Origin: an uncultured Candidatus Sumerlaeota bacterium
GTDB taxonomy: Bacteria; Sumerlaeota; Sumerlaeia; MWCT01; JAUWMI01
DNA: 64,000 nucleotides
NCBI GenBank assembly: GCA_964454265.1
Contig: CAYVXD010000002.1
Coordinates: forward strand, 888 to 64,887
Reading direction: 5' to 3'
The position numbers were made by a program, and so were the translations under genes. The notes under the pieces were generated by a model. It made no database searches. It saw only the letters and a list, made by a program, of their open reading frames with translations, and was not told the origin of the DNA. This document shows, piece by piece, positions 1 through 8,870 of the stretch; within the stretch, counting starts at the first letter, position 1, and every line of letters starts with the position of its first letter.

Positions 1-769
1 CGACCAGACAGAGATGATGCTTGCTTGCCGTTTTGGGTGGATTGTATCGAAGGATAATGAGCCGCGGTGGGTAGACACTTCCCCGACCTACGGCAAGCAG
101 ACCTGCGTAGCCGTTTTTCTTGAGCGCTGCTTCGTCTAGAATTGTTACCGATAGGCTATTGGCACGGGCAACCTCGCGTGCAATTCTGGCAAGGCTTTCA
201 GGATAAATCACATCAGATGGCTCGTTTACAATATCGCGGCAGGCATTGATGGCTGTTGTCAGAATGTGCGCCTTCTCGAACTCCTTTTGCAATCCTGAGC
301 GATCATCAGGGCGGCAGATGATTTCGATATTGGGTGCTTTACCACGACGCTCCTGCTCGCTCTTGTATTTTGTGAATTCATACGAACCGAGCAACGCTCC
401 TTCGATTACGTATGGAGCGATTGTGCTACCGTCCTTTGTATTGAGCAAGAAGGCTGCATTGCGGAGTCCAAGATTTCGACAATGTTCGAGCGCTTTGTAT
501 GCGATGATCTTGACTTTTTCGGATAGAGGGTAATGCGAAACCAGTGTTGTGGACTGTATGTATAGATTTTGAATCTTTGCTTTTGTTGGGAAGCTATAGA
601 TGGACGCTTGTTTAATAGTTTTTTGTTTCACACCCCTGGCAAACCGCCTGACCATCTTCATGAGAGTCGGCGGCAGGCCGGTAAGGAATTGCTGTTTATC
701 ATCAAGAATACAGATGAGAAGCTGGGTGCGTATGCTTGGAATGCGCTTTGCACTGATTCGAACGTTCAT
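1..769 (-). CDS. pepA: Leucyl/cytosol aminopeptidase (peptidase M17), N-terminal ~256 aa only; the C-terminal part lies beyond the window start
   Basis: Absent from the ORF track because there is no in-window stop. Manual minus-strand translation from ATG (rev-comp of 767-769) gives MNVRISAKRIPSIRTQLLICIL...LLNTKDGSTIAPYVIEGALLGSYEFTKYKSEQ...TAINACRDIVNEPSDVIYPESLA...GLLAVGRGSVYPPRLIILRY. This matches the M17 N-terminal domain and the NEP / G-L-L-x-V-G-x-GS region of PepA-type enzymes. An alternative in-frame ATG lies at 788-790. Plus-strand ORFs 246-533, 569-793 and 600-803 are antisense artefacts. Confidence 0.7.
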   Translation of the reverse strand, partial: MNVRISAKRIPSIRTQLLICILDDKQQFLTGLPPTLMKMVRRFARGVKQKTIKQASIYSFPTKAKIQNLYIQSTTLVSHYPLSEKVKIIAYKALEHCRNLGLRNAAFLLNTKDGSTIAPYVIEGALLGSYEFTKYKSEQERRGKAPNIEIICRPDDRSGLQKEFEKAHILTTAINACRDIVNEPSDVIYPESLARIAREVARANSLSVTILDEAALKKNGYAGLLAVGRGSVYPPRLIILRYNPPKTASKHHLCLV

Positions 770-932
770 GAACGTTTCTCCCTTCGACATTGATACTATG
801 TAGGGGTTCAAAATTTTGAACACACGCAATGGAGCGCGAAAAAAATAGCCTCTGGAGGCTTCGGATCTTATCGAGAGCGCGGGACGCCCTGCTTCTTCAT
901 GCGGGACAGCGGCACAGAGGTCGAGCAGTGTA

Positions 933-2288
933 CTACCCGTCGCTATTGGATGCCTGCTTGCGCGTGGGCGGCGACTTGTCAAGACGGCGCTTTAAACGAT
1001 TCAAGCGATATTGTAAATCGTCAAGGATTGCATTGAAATTTCCAATGCGTGGTTCCCGATCCAGCAGATCATCGAGCTCGCGCTGCATTTCCAGATACTT
1101 GAGTGCCTGCAAGACGATTTCGTGTGCTCTGGTGTGGTTCCTGGCCCGGTGTTCGTAGTACTTGGCCAGCTCCACAAAAGCATTCAGATTATAAATGTGG
1201 GAACCAGAAATCTGGGCGTGCCAGAGCTCTGCAGCATCGTCCCAGCGGTTTTGCCGCTTGTAGATTTTTGCAATATGAGCGGTGATGAGATGCGAGAGAT
1301 GCTCGTCACGTACTAACAGAAGGGCGCGTTCCATGCACTCCACAGCCTGATCAATCCGGCCGTTGCGCTCAAACAGGTAGCTCAGCCCAATCAGGTCAAA
1401 AGCGTGATTGAGTTCCGGCGAGCTGGGCTTGCGATAGTAATAGGCGAGCCGGGCAAGGAGCGCTGCCAGGGAAATTACGTCCTGCGCATTATGGTCGAAC
1501 ACCGGAATGATGCGTTCGCGTCGCAGCCCGCGCACGTAGTCAAAGAACACTTGCGGAACAAGGCTTCCGTCTATGTCATGCACTCGCTCAATGCCGAGGA
1601 TGTTCTGTTCGATGCTGTCAAGCGAGCAACTCGGCAGACGCTTGCGCCACAGGCGTCTGGCAAGATGCAGCAAATCTATGTGCGGAAGCTCCCACACCGA
1701 GCGAAGGCGGTTATAAATAAACCGGGTTCGGAGTAGTGGGACGTCGAATGCCTTGCCATTGTACGTCACCAAGGCCTGAAATTCTGGCATCCGTTCGCTG
1801 AGCCGGTTCATTAATGCCAGCTCCTGATTGAAGTCTTCCATAAAATACTGCTCAACCACGAATTGCCCGGAGCGGAAGTAGCCAAGGCCGACCAGAAAGG
1901 GATACGTTCCTGTGCCACCCGCCAACCCGGTTGTTTCAACGTCAAGGAAGACTACTCGCTCAAGATCACAGCTGGCGAGTTCTGGATTACGGCCAAGGGC
2001 TGAAAGAGTTTCGGGGTCAACTGCTTCAACGTGATCTGCGACAGGGAAGACATAGCCGCGTTGCGCAGGGGCCCCTAGCAAGGGCAAAGTAAGTTGTCTT
2101 TGCACGACAACGCCGTGAGGAGTAGAAACAGGGGCAGCGTCGGGGACGAGTTTGTCAATAGGAACTGCGGCCTGGCGCGGGCGCTGCTCTTCTTGCGCAA
2201 AATAGTCACTCGCCCGGTAGAGTTTCCCACCCAGCTGCCTGATGAGCGCGTCAGCACTCCGCTTATGTGATTTATCAGGATTGTTCAT
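933..2288 (-). CDS. RNase H-like 3'-5' exonuclease-fold domain protein (YprB/DEDD-like, motif FLDVETTGL) with C-terminal TPR repeats
   Basis: 451-aa ORF. The N-terminal half carries the DEDD-exonuclease-like FLDVETTGL and YNGKAFDVPLL motifs typical of YprB-family RNase H-like proteins. The C-terminal half is helical/TPR-like (LARLAYYYRK..., AKIYKRQNRWDDAAELW...). Confidence 0.55.
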   Translation of the reverse strand: MNNPDKSHKRSADALIRQLGGKLYRASDYFAQEEQRPRQAAVPIDKLVPDAAPVSTPHGVVVQRQLTLPLLGAPAQRGYVFPVADHVEAVDPETLSALGRNPELASCDLERVVFLDVETTGLAGGTGTYPFLVGLGYFRSGQFVVEQYFMEDFNQELALMNRLSERMPEFQALVTYNGKAFDVPLLRTRFIYNRLRSVWELPHIDLLHLARRLWRKRLPSCSLDSIEQNILGIERVHDIDGSLVPQVFFDYVRGLRRERIIPVFDHNAQDVISLAALLARLAYYYRKPSSPELNHAFDLIGLSYLFERNGRIDQAVECMERALLLVRDEHLSHLITAHIAKIYKRQNRWDDAAELWHAQISGSHIYNLNAFVELAKYYEHRARNHTRAHEIVLQALKYLEMQRELDDLLDREPRIGNFNAILDDLQYRLNRLKRRLDKSPPTRKQASNSDG

Positions 2289-2725
2289 AATTTACATCAG
2301 CCACTGAGGCATAGAGGCACGGAGAAATATTTGGAAGCATCCTCAGTGGCTCCCTGTCTCCGTGGTTAAATCTAAAGAATTCATTAAGAAAGTGTGACGA
2401 ATATGTATATAAGAAGTGTGGAAAGAATAATCAAGTCAATTGTGCCAAACGTAATCGAGCTCCTAGATCACCAAGTATGGTTCTTGCTATTTTTTTTTCT
2501 GGGATAGATAGCTAGGGTTAAATCTTTGGCGTGCAGCCAGATAGGAGTGTTCTTTTTATAAAAACCCCAGTCTCATAAACGGGGCAATATTAAAATGGTA
2601 AATTAGAAATGCAAAGTGACAAAGGATGTCATTCTGAGGCGTAGCCGAAGAATCTTAAATGGCAAAATTTATTCCTGCAATAAGTGGCATGTAGCAAGTA
2701 AGCGACCGGCTTTTAATTATTACAA

Positions 2726-2761
2726 TGAAAAAATGGGATGGCTTTTTCAATTAGCCATCCC
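2726..2761 (-). terminator. Rho-independent terminator downstream of the repeat-protein gene
   Basis: Stem GGGATGGCT / AGCCATCCC (2735-2743 / 2753-2761) with a 9-nt loop, followed on the minus strand by CCCATTTTTTCATTG. It lies ~30 nt after the stop at 2789. Confidence 0.55.
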
Positions 2762-2788
2762 ATGATTTTAAAATTACGATTTAGCTGT

Positions 2789-3079
2789 TCAATAACGGTT
2801 CCAATCTTGGATAACTGATGGGGTTGCAGTAGGTGTTGGGGTTGTTGTGGGTGCAGGAGTGGGAGTAGGCGTCGGTGTCTCAGTCGGAGTTGGTGTGGGA
2901 GTTGGTGTGGGAGTAGGTGAGGTGTAGGAGATATACTCTGTCCAGACCTCATCGGTTGTGGTTACGCTGTCAGTGCTGAGTTCTGCGGGAAAGGCGCCGT
3001 AGGATTGCAGGGCGTAAAATCCGTCACCCGTTGATCCTGCGTTTAGCTCGGCACGTCTGCTGAGGTGTCTACCTGCCAC
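2789..3079 (-). CDS. Probable C-terminal continuation (beta-sandwich-like segment + Pro-Thr linker TPTPTPTPTPTETPTPTPTPAPTTTPTPTATP + short tail) of the upstream 970-aa repeat protein, in another frame; frameshift or sequencing error
   Basis: This ORF overlaps the 3' end of ORF 3043..5955 by 37 nt in a different frame. A PT-rich linker followed by a short C-terminal tail is also seen inside the neighbouring secreted protein 6529..8370. There is no independent ATG (the GTG is assigned by the ORF finder). Confidence 0.4.
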   Translation of the reverse strand: MAGRHLSRRAELNAGSTGDGFYALQSYGAFPAELSTDSVTTTDEVWTEYISYTSPTPTPTPTPTPTETPTPTPTPAPTTTPTPTATPSVIQDWNRY

Positions 3080-5955
3080 GCTAGCCAGTAGGTTCCTGCG
3101 TCAAGTGTAAGATTAGTTGGGGTGCCTGCGCTGATTGGAGCAACCACGAAGTCGTCTGTTGCGGTGTTGGCAATCTGTCCGGATTGCCAGCGGAGGGTTT
3201 TAGTGGTGGCTTCTTCGTAAAGTGCAAGGCGAAGCGTTCCGCTGGAGCTGTGGGAATATAAGTATACATTCGTCGCCAAGCCTGTCTCCGGCATAGTGAA
3301 TTTGGTGGCTTTTGCGAAGCCTTTCTGTGAAAGGCCAACGCGCACTACTCGCCCAGGTCTCGTGTAAGTGCTAAAATAGGCGTATCCTGTGAGCTGATCG
3401 ATCACCGCGCTCTCAAGATCATTCTCTCCCGAATTCAGCGTCACGGCACCCACCCGGCTCGGTGGGTTGGAACCTGAACCCAGCGCTACCTTCACCACTC
3501 GCCCGGGACTGGTAGAAGTGCCGAAATAGGCGTAGCCGGCCGAGGGATCGATCACCGCGCTCTCAAGATCATTCTCTCCCGAATTCAGCGTCACGGTACC
3601 CACCCGGCTCGGTGGATTGGAACCCGAACCCAGCTCTACCTTCACCACCCGCCCGGGACTGTTCCAAGTGCCGAAATAGGCGTATCCTGCGGATGAATCG
3701 ATCACCGCACATTGTAGAGAATTTTCTCCCGAATTCAAGGTTACTGCTCCGATGCGGGTTGGGGGGTTGGCGCCTGACCCCAGCCCTATTTTCACTACTT
3801 TCCCAGGCAAGGTATAGGTACCGAAGTAGGCATAGCCGGCAGAGGGGTCGATCACCGCGGCGCGGAGTCCATCCTCTCCTGAATTCAGGGTTACCGCTCC
3901 AACACGTGTGGGCGGGTTAGCGCCCGTGCCTAGCGCTACCTTTACCACTCGTCCGGGGCTGGTAGCCGTGCCGAAGTAGGCATAGCCTGCAGACGGATCG
4001 ATCACTGCACTCGCGAGATAGTCTTCCAATGGATTCGTTGCTACCGCTCCCACCCGGCTGAAGGTAGAAAGGTCAATCTTAACCACCTGCGGGGTTGTAC
4101 TACTGGTGCCGAAGTAGGCATAGCCCGCCGAGGAATCAATCACCGCACACCGGAGATTGTACTCTGGGAAACTCAGCGTTAATGCTGCAACGCGAGTGTT
4201 GCTTGAAAGGTCAACCTTTACTATCCACCCGCCGGGGTAGTTAGACGTGCCGAAATAGGCATATCCGGCCTGGGAATCGATTACTCCGCTCCTGAGTTCA
4301 TTCTCTCCCGCAGTGAGCATCACCCCACCCACGCGGCTCGGGGGGTTGGAGCCCGAACCCAGTGCAACCTTCACCACGAGCCCAGCGCTCGTATCTGTAC
4401 CGAAATAGACATAGCCGGACGAAGAGTCAATCACTGCGCTCACGACATGATCCTCTAACCCACTTAAAACAACATAACCCACCTCGCTAGGAGGGTTGGA
4501 ACCTGAACCAAGCGCTACCTTCATCACTTGACCCGCATCAGTGTCTGAGCCGAAATAGGCGTACCCTGCCGCCGTGTCGATTGCTGCAGACGCAAGATTA
4601 CCGACTATCAGTGTTGCTGCCCCCACGCGGGTGGGCGGGTTAGAGCCGGAACCGAGCGCCACCTTCACCACGTAGCCAGCTGCGGTATCTGTGCCGAAAT
4701 ATGCGTAACCAGCGGAAGGATCAATCACCGCGCACCGCAGTCGACCCTCTGCTGGATTCAACGACACTGCCCCGACACGGCTAGGCGGGTTAGAGCCCGA
4801 ACCGAGCGCAACCTTCACCACTTGCCCGGGGTAGCTTCGGGTTCCAAAATAGGCGTAGCCTGCGGAGGTATCGATCACCGCGCTGTATAGATACATCTCT
4901 CCAGAATTCAGTGTCACAGCCCCGACGCGGCTCGGCGGATTAGTGCCTGAGCCCAGTGCCACCTTGACCACGCGGCCAGGGTTGGTATCTGTGCCGAAGT
5001 AGGCATAACCCGCTGAGGTATCGATCGCCGCGCTCACAAGATAACTCTCCCCAGAGTTCAGTGTTAAGGCTCCGACGCGTGTGGGCGGGTTAGAGCCGGA
5101 GCCCAGTGCCACCTTGACTACTCGGCCAGGGTTGGTATCAGTGCCGAAATAGGCATAGCCCGCCGATGTGTCAATCACCGCACTCCGGAGAGCATTCTCT
5201 CCCTCATCCAGTATTAGCGATCCCACGCGGGTAAAAGTGGATAGGTTCATCTTTACCACTTTCCCTGGGCTGGTCCCAGTGCCGAAATAGGCGTAGCCTG
5301 CGGAGGTGTCGATCACCGCGCTAAGGAGATAATCATCTCCCACATTCAGCACCTCCGTGTCCAAGCGCCGAAGACCTGCATTTGGATATGCCGTGCTGCC
5401 GGGCGTATTGTTACCTGCAATCGGATCGCTGAAGCGCAGAGAGCGATCGGTGAAGACGTTGCCTGCACGGTCGGTAATCCGCACCGCAACCGTGTAGTAG
5501 CCCTCGCTGAGGCCGTGTGCGTTCCATTCCGCCTGATAGAGTCCCAGCGTTGCGTCAGTGCTCACGCCGCCCAAATTCATTGGCGCAGGCTTGAGTACAA
5601 GCGTATCTACGGGTTGCGCCTCTTCCTCGCCAGAAGCTGTGATCACCGCCTCAACGCGCTCGACACCCTCGACCCCCTTCACCACTGCCTGGATCTTTAG
5701 TTGCCCGCCGTTCTTCACCGACGGCGACGACAGGCTCGGTATCACGTGGATACGGCCATCGCCCGAACCGATTTTCTCTCCCGCCTGCACTGCAGCGGCT
5801 GGCGCAACCGCCGATTGGATAGCTGCGTTTTCATTCCCCGCAAAGCCAACTGAGCCAAAGCAAAAAAGCGGTAGCATCATAACACGTAATGCAACAACTG
5901 TGACTTTTTGCAGATAAGAAAATACTACTGCGTTGTGGGAACGTCTTTTGTCCAT
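3043..5955 (-). CDS. Secreted tandem-repeat protein, ~17 x 50-aa beta-propeller-like repeats (consensus SAVIDxSAGYAYFGTDTNPGRVVKVALGSGSNPPxRVGAxTLNSGExxLx)
   Basis: 970-aa ORF with an N-terminal hydrophobic signal-like segment (VVALRVMMLPLFCFGSVGFA). The 150-bp repeat periodicity is visible at DNA level. The C-terminal non-repeat domain ends abruptly at the frame break at ~3043-3079. Confidence 0.75.
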   Translation of the reverse strand: MDKRRSHNAVVFSYLQKVTVVALRVMMLPLFCFGSVGFAGNENAAIQSAVAPAAAVQAGEKIGSGDGRIHVIPSLSSPSVKNGGQLKIQAVVKGVEGVERVEAVITASGEEEAQPVDTLVLKPAPMNLGGVSTDATLGLYQAEWNAHGLSEGYYTVAVRITDRAGNVFTDRSLRFSDPIAGNNTPGSTAYPNAGLRRLDTEVLNVGDDYLLSAVIDTSAGYAYFGTGTSPGKVVKMNLSTFTRVGSLILDEGENALRSAVIDTSAGYAYFGTDTNPGRVVKVALGSGSNPPTRVGALTLNSGESYLVSAAIDTSAGYAYFGTDTNPGRVVKVALGSGTNPPSRVGAVTLNSGEMYLYSAVIDTSAGYAYFGTRSYPGQVVKVALGSGSNPPSRVGAVSLNPAEGRLRCAVIDPSAGYAYFGTDTAAGYVVKVALGSGSNPPTRVGAATLIVGNLASAAIDTAAGYAYFGSDTDAGQVMKVALGSGSNPPSEVGYVVLSGLEDHVVSAVIDSSSGYVYFGTDTSAGLVVKVALGSGSNPPSRVGGVMLTAGENELRSGVIDSQAGYAYFGTSNYPGGWIVKVDLSSNTRVAALTLSFPEYNLRCAVIDSSAGYAYFGTSSTTPQVVKIDLSTFSRVGAVATNPLEDYLASAVIDPSAGYAYFGTATSPGRVVKVALGTGANPPTRVGAVTLNSGEDGLRAAVIDPSAGYAYFGTYTLPGKVVKIGLGSGANPPTRIGAVTLNSGENSLQCAVIDSSAGYAYFGTWNSPGRVVKVELGSGSNPPSRVGTVTLNSGENDLESAVIDPSAGYAYFGTSTSPGRVVKVALGSGSNPPSRVGAVTLNSGENDLESAVIDQLTGYAYFSTYTRPGRVVRVGLSQKGFAKATKFTMPETGLATNVYLYSHSSSGTLRLALYEEATTKTLRWQSGQIANTATDDFVVAPISAGTPTNLTLDAGTYWLAWQVDTSADVPS
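3400..3699. repeat. Two adjacent 150-bp repeat units ~95% identical at DNA level, inside the beta-propeller repeat gene
   Basis: Units 3400-3549 and 3550-3699 share gatcaccgcgctctcaagatcattctctcccgaattcagcgtcacgg...cgcccgggactg with only ~5 substitutions in the first ~140 bp. Other units are more diverged. Confidence 0.8.
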
Positions 5956-6064
5956 CTACTCATCTCCTTGCATAATATATTTGTTTTAATGTTTTGTTTT
6001 TGCTCTTTATTTTTAAGAGATAGATTCCTATAACATACTTTGTTCAGGACAATGGGTATTACCT

Positions 6065-6300
6065 CCTGATTAGCTATGCAATTGACAATGAAGTTACTCT
6101 GGTACTTCGTGCTATTTATAGCCTTCGGTGGAAAGGCCTGCCTAACCAACAAAAAGCTAATTGTCAAGATAAACCTTTAGTCTGCTGGTCATAAATTAGG
6201 ATTGGCACTCGCGCTGGTGGGGAGAGGAATCTGTGCAAATTCTTGGTGAGAGGAAAAAGGGAAGCATTGCGTGGAAACGCGCCCATGCAGGAATTAAAGT
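6065..6300. repeat. Copy 1 of a ~240-bp conserved non-coding module (second copy at 11939-12185)
   Basis: Colinear blocks are shared with copy 2: CTGAyTAGCyATGyAAkTGACAA...GTTACTCTG...TCGTG; AAAAAGC..TTGTCAA; TAATTAkGAyTGGCAsTCGCGCyGGT; CTGTGCAAATTyTTGGTGAGAkGAAAAAGGGAA(A)GCATTrCG..GCAGGAATTAArGT. Overall identity is ~70-75% with one AT-rich indel. Confidence 0.7.
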
Positions 6301-6400
6301 AGCGTAAAGCTCAGGGTGAGGATGGAGGTGAGAGGATCTCGATTATTGCCGGGACGAGGATGAGCAAGGCTTTAGCTGCTTCGGCTGAAAATAAAAGAGC

Positions 6401-6431
6401 AGGTAAAAGATGTGGAGTTCATCTTTTACCT
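6401..6431 (-). terminator. Rho-independent terminator after secreted-protein gene 6529..8370
   Basis: 12-bp stem AGGTAAAAGATG / CATCTTTTACCT with a 7-nt loop. On the minus strand it is followed by GCTCTTTTATTTTCAG. Confidence 0.6.
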
Positions 6432-6528
6432 GACATGATCACTGTATCCAGTTTTTTCCAGCAAGGCCAAGAAGGGGTGCGCCACGGCGTACCCCTACTC
6501 AGTATTCCGCGGTTCGTTTTATTCAGGT

Positions 6529-8370
6529 CTACGGAATCGCGAGATAGTCAATCGCAACGCTGTCCATGTAGATGGTGCCGCCCTGCGCCGAGCTGAAGTC
6601 GAGCAGGTCAAGCGTCACAATGAATCCATCCTGTCCGGCCGTTGGTGAGCCAGGGAGAATTGGGGTCTCCCAGTAGACGTCGTAGTCAGTTCCACCAACT
6701 GTCGGCATTGCTCCTGGGCCAGCGCCCTGGCTGTTCAGCTCCATGGTCTGCGTCATCTGGCCGTCTTCATTCTGGATACGGAGCCTGACCTGTGGCATGG
6801 TGTTGCGTGCCACGTCACTCGCACACCTCAAGGTGTAGCTCGCACGATAGAGCTTATCCACTACATACGTAAGCTCGTTTGCCGTGCCACTGGACTGCCA
6901 CCATCCATAATTGGCATCCGCAGTGGTGCTAGCCGTGATGGAGAGCGTGCCAGTGCCTTCTCCGCCTGACGTCACCGGGCCAAATCCTACGTTGGTAACG
7001 AATCCCCAGTTGGAAAATTCGCCGCCACTGGCGTACGACTTGACCAATGTGCCAAGTGCCGGAAACGGGAACCGCTCTACAGTCACGGTATCTACATAGT
7101 GCGTTCCATACTGCGCCACGTCAAAGTCAAGCATATCAAAAGCCACACCCAGACTGCCGCTCACCACAGGCGCAAAGTAGCAGGTATATTCTTTCGTTGT
7201 TGGATCTGTGGGCAAGGAGTTGCTGTACGAGCCTGAGGCATTCACCACCTGCGTTGCTGACTCGAGTGATTGATCCTGCACCCAGCGCATACGGAACTGC
7301 GGATTCTGAGCTGCACTTGCCTGATTCGAGGAGACTTCGTACGTTGCACGGTATACGTTGTCTGCTACGTAGGCAAGTTCTGACGGCCCGGTCCATAGCC
7401 CTACGCGGTGCGTGCCATCATTTGCCGAGCTGACGCTTATCCGGCCACCACTATAGCTGGACGATGCCCCTGAGAATCCAGAACCACTCAGCGGCAGGAA
7501 TCCCCAGCCCTCCATGCTTGAATCATACGTATATTCCTTGACGAATGTAACTGGCGTTGCGGTGGGCGTCGGTGTTACGGCTGGTGTAGGAAATGCCATT
7601 GCATCGAGCTCCACCTGCCCGGGAATACTCTGCGCACTCGCGTCAAGATAGAGGCTGAACGTGCCGCCTGATGTATTGTATGCTATCAGGTCCCCATCAT
7701 CATAGAGCGTAGAATTCAACCTGGCTGCTGCATCGAAGGAGAATATCCACTCGGTATCACTCTCGCGACTGAAGGCATTGACATCTACCTGAGCTGGTAC
7801 TCCTTCAGCTGAGCCGTCAAAGTCAAGGCTGGCAGAGAACCCGCTCCCCGTGGTAAAGTGCACCATGTCCTCATCAGCTACCAGGCCTACCACGGGCAAC
7901 CGTGCATCTTCTTCAAGAGAGAATGAGAACTCGAACGGAGAGACAGCAATTACGTCTACTGCATCCAGATTCACCCTGGCTGGCAGGCCGTTGGCCGAGC
8001 CGTCCCACAGCAGGCTGATGCTCACTCCATTCCAGACCAGGAGGTCTTCATCTGCGTAAACCGTGCCGCCGATCTTTACATCTTCTGAAAGCGAGAAGAC
8101 CAGCAGGTCTTTTTCTATTAAATCCACGGCATCAATATTCACCTGTGGGGGGAGCAGGCTGGTTAAAGGCGAGCCATAGAGCGCATACGCGCCCACCCCA
8201 TCTGTATCTACCAGCTCATGGTCTGCGGGCGACAGGCTCACGTACGAGGCATCTTCATTATGCGAAAACACAAACGACGCCTCAGCAACCCCCGGCGGCC
8301 CAATACTCAGGCACACCAGCGCAGCCAGGAGCCAAAACGCTAGAACTAGCGATTGTCGATAATTTCTCAT
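6529..8370 (-). CDS. Secreted repeat protein: signal peptide, 4 x ~45-aa D/G-rich repeats, Pro-Thr linker (PTPAVTPTPTATP), then two ~150-aa beta-sandwich-like domains (GWGF... / NWGF...)
   Basis: 613-aa ORF with N-terminal MRNYRQSLVLAFWLLAALVCLSIGPPGVAEA (signal-like). Internal repeats read DLLVWNGVSISLLWDGSANGLPARVNLDAVD / DMVHFTTGSGFSASLDFDGSAEGVPAQVDVNAF, and so on. RBS GGAGA lies 8 nt upstream of the ATG at 8370. Confidence 0.75.
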   Translation of the reverse strand: MRNYRQSLVLAFWLLAALVCLSIGPPGVAEASFVFSHNEDASYVSLSPADHELVDTDGVGAYALYGSPLTSLLPPQVNIDAVDLIEKDLLVFSLSEDVKIGGTVYADEDLLVWNGVSISLLWDGSANGLPARVNLDAVDVIAVSPFEFSFSLEEDARLPVVGLVADEDMVHFTTGSGFSASLDFDGSAEGVPAQVDVNAFSRESDTEWIFSFDAAARLNSTLYDDGDLIAYNTSGGTFSLYLDASAQSIPGQVELDAMAFPTPAVTPTPTATPVTFVKEYTYDSSMEGWGFLPLSGSGFSGASSSYSGGRISVSSANDGTHRVGLWTGPSELAYVADNVYRATYEVSSNQASAAQNPQFRMRWVQDQSLESATQVVNASGSYSNSLPTDPTTKEYTCYFAPVVSGSLGVAFDMLDFDVAQYGTHYVDTVTVERFPFPALGTLVKSYASGGEFSNWGFVTNVGFGPVTSGGEGTGTLSITASTTADANYGWWQSSGTANELTYVVDKLYRASYTLRCASDVARNTMPQVRLRIQNEDGQMTQTMELNSQGAGPGAMPTVGGTDYDVYWETPILPGSPTAGQDGFIVTLDLLDFSSAQGGTIYMDSVAIDYLAIP

Positions 8371-8389
8371 AGCTTTATCTCCTTTCCAT

Positions 8390-8451
8390 CCGTTTGTCCG
8401 TTGTGTCCGTTTATCCGTTTGCCCGTTTATCCGTTTGCCCGTTTATCCGTT
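8390..8451. repeat. 8-bp-periodic array (CCGTTnnn) x 8 on the plus strand, i.e. (AACGGnnn)n on the minus strand
   Basis: CCGTT occurs at 8390, 8398, 8407, 8415, 8423, 8431, 8439 and 8447. The array lies in the 5' leader of gene 6529..8370, and its last unit overlaps the stop codon of gene 8450..8821. Confidence 0.85.
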
Positions 8452-8821
8452 ATTTGGCTTTGGTGCGGAGGTATTTAATGAAGCCTGTCAGCGTTTTTGA
8501 TACGTTCTCATATTGATCAAACACAGTCTTAAATTGCTCCGCACTGAGGTATTTCCTATCCAAAGCAACGTATAGATGGCTTTTGACCTCGGAAACCGAT
8601 GAGAGAGAATAGCCGAGAAACCTGATGAACTCCTTCCTTGAGTTCCTGTCAAACCCCTCAGCAATATTCGCCATTACCGAAACAGCAGCTCGCTGTATCT
8701 GGTCCCTGAGCCCAAAGTCTCGGGCAAAACTGCCAGTCGCTATTGTGTCATAGACCAGATTCGTCAATGCTCTTGCCTCCTGCCAGGCTCTAATGTCCTC
8801 AAACCTCTCAATCCTCGCCAT
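8450..8821 (-). CDS. Four-helix-bundle protein (23S rRNA intervening-sequence protein family / Avd-like, PF05635-type)
   Basis: 123 aa. MARIERFEDIRAWQEARALTNLVYDTI...ANIAEGFDRNSRKEFIRFLGYSLSSVSEVKSHLYVALDRKYLSAEQF matches the conserved layout of this family (W-Q-A, NIAEG, F-RFL-A-GS-E). Confidence 0.75.
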   Translation of the reverse strand: MARIERFEDIRAWQEARALTNLVYDTIATGSFARDFGLRDQIQRAAVSVMANIAEGFDRNSRKEFIRFLGYSLSSVSEVKSHLYVALDRKYLSAEQFKTVFDQYENVSKTLTGFIKYLRTKAK

Positions 8822-8833
8822 CTTCTATCCCTT

Positions 8834-8870
8834 TACGGACTAACGGACTAACTGACCAACGGTCCTACGG
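8834..8870. repeat. 8-bp-periodic array (ACGGnnnn) x 5 on the plus strand, inverted relative to array 8390-8451
   Basis: TACGG 8834, AACGG 8842, AACTG 8850, AACGG 8858 and TACGG 8866. The array sits between the stop of 8865..10430 and the start of 8450..8821. Confidence 0.8.

Noticed and set aside
246-803. Plus-strand ORFs 246..533, 569..793 and 600..803
   Set aside because: They lie antisense to a clear M17 aminopeptidase reading frame on the minus strand. They have no recognisable domains.
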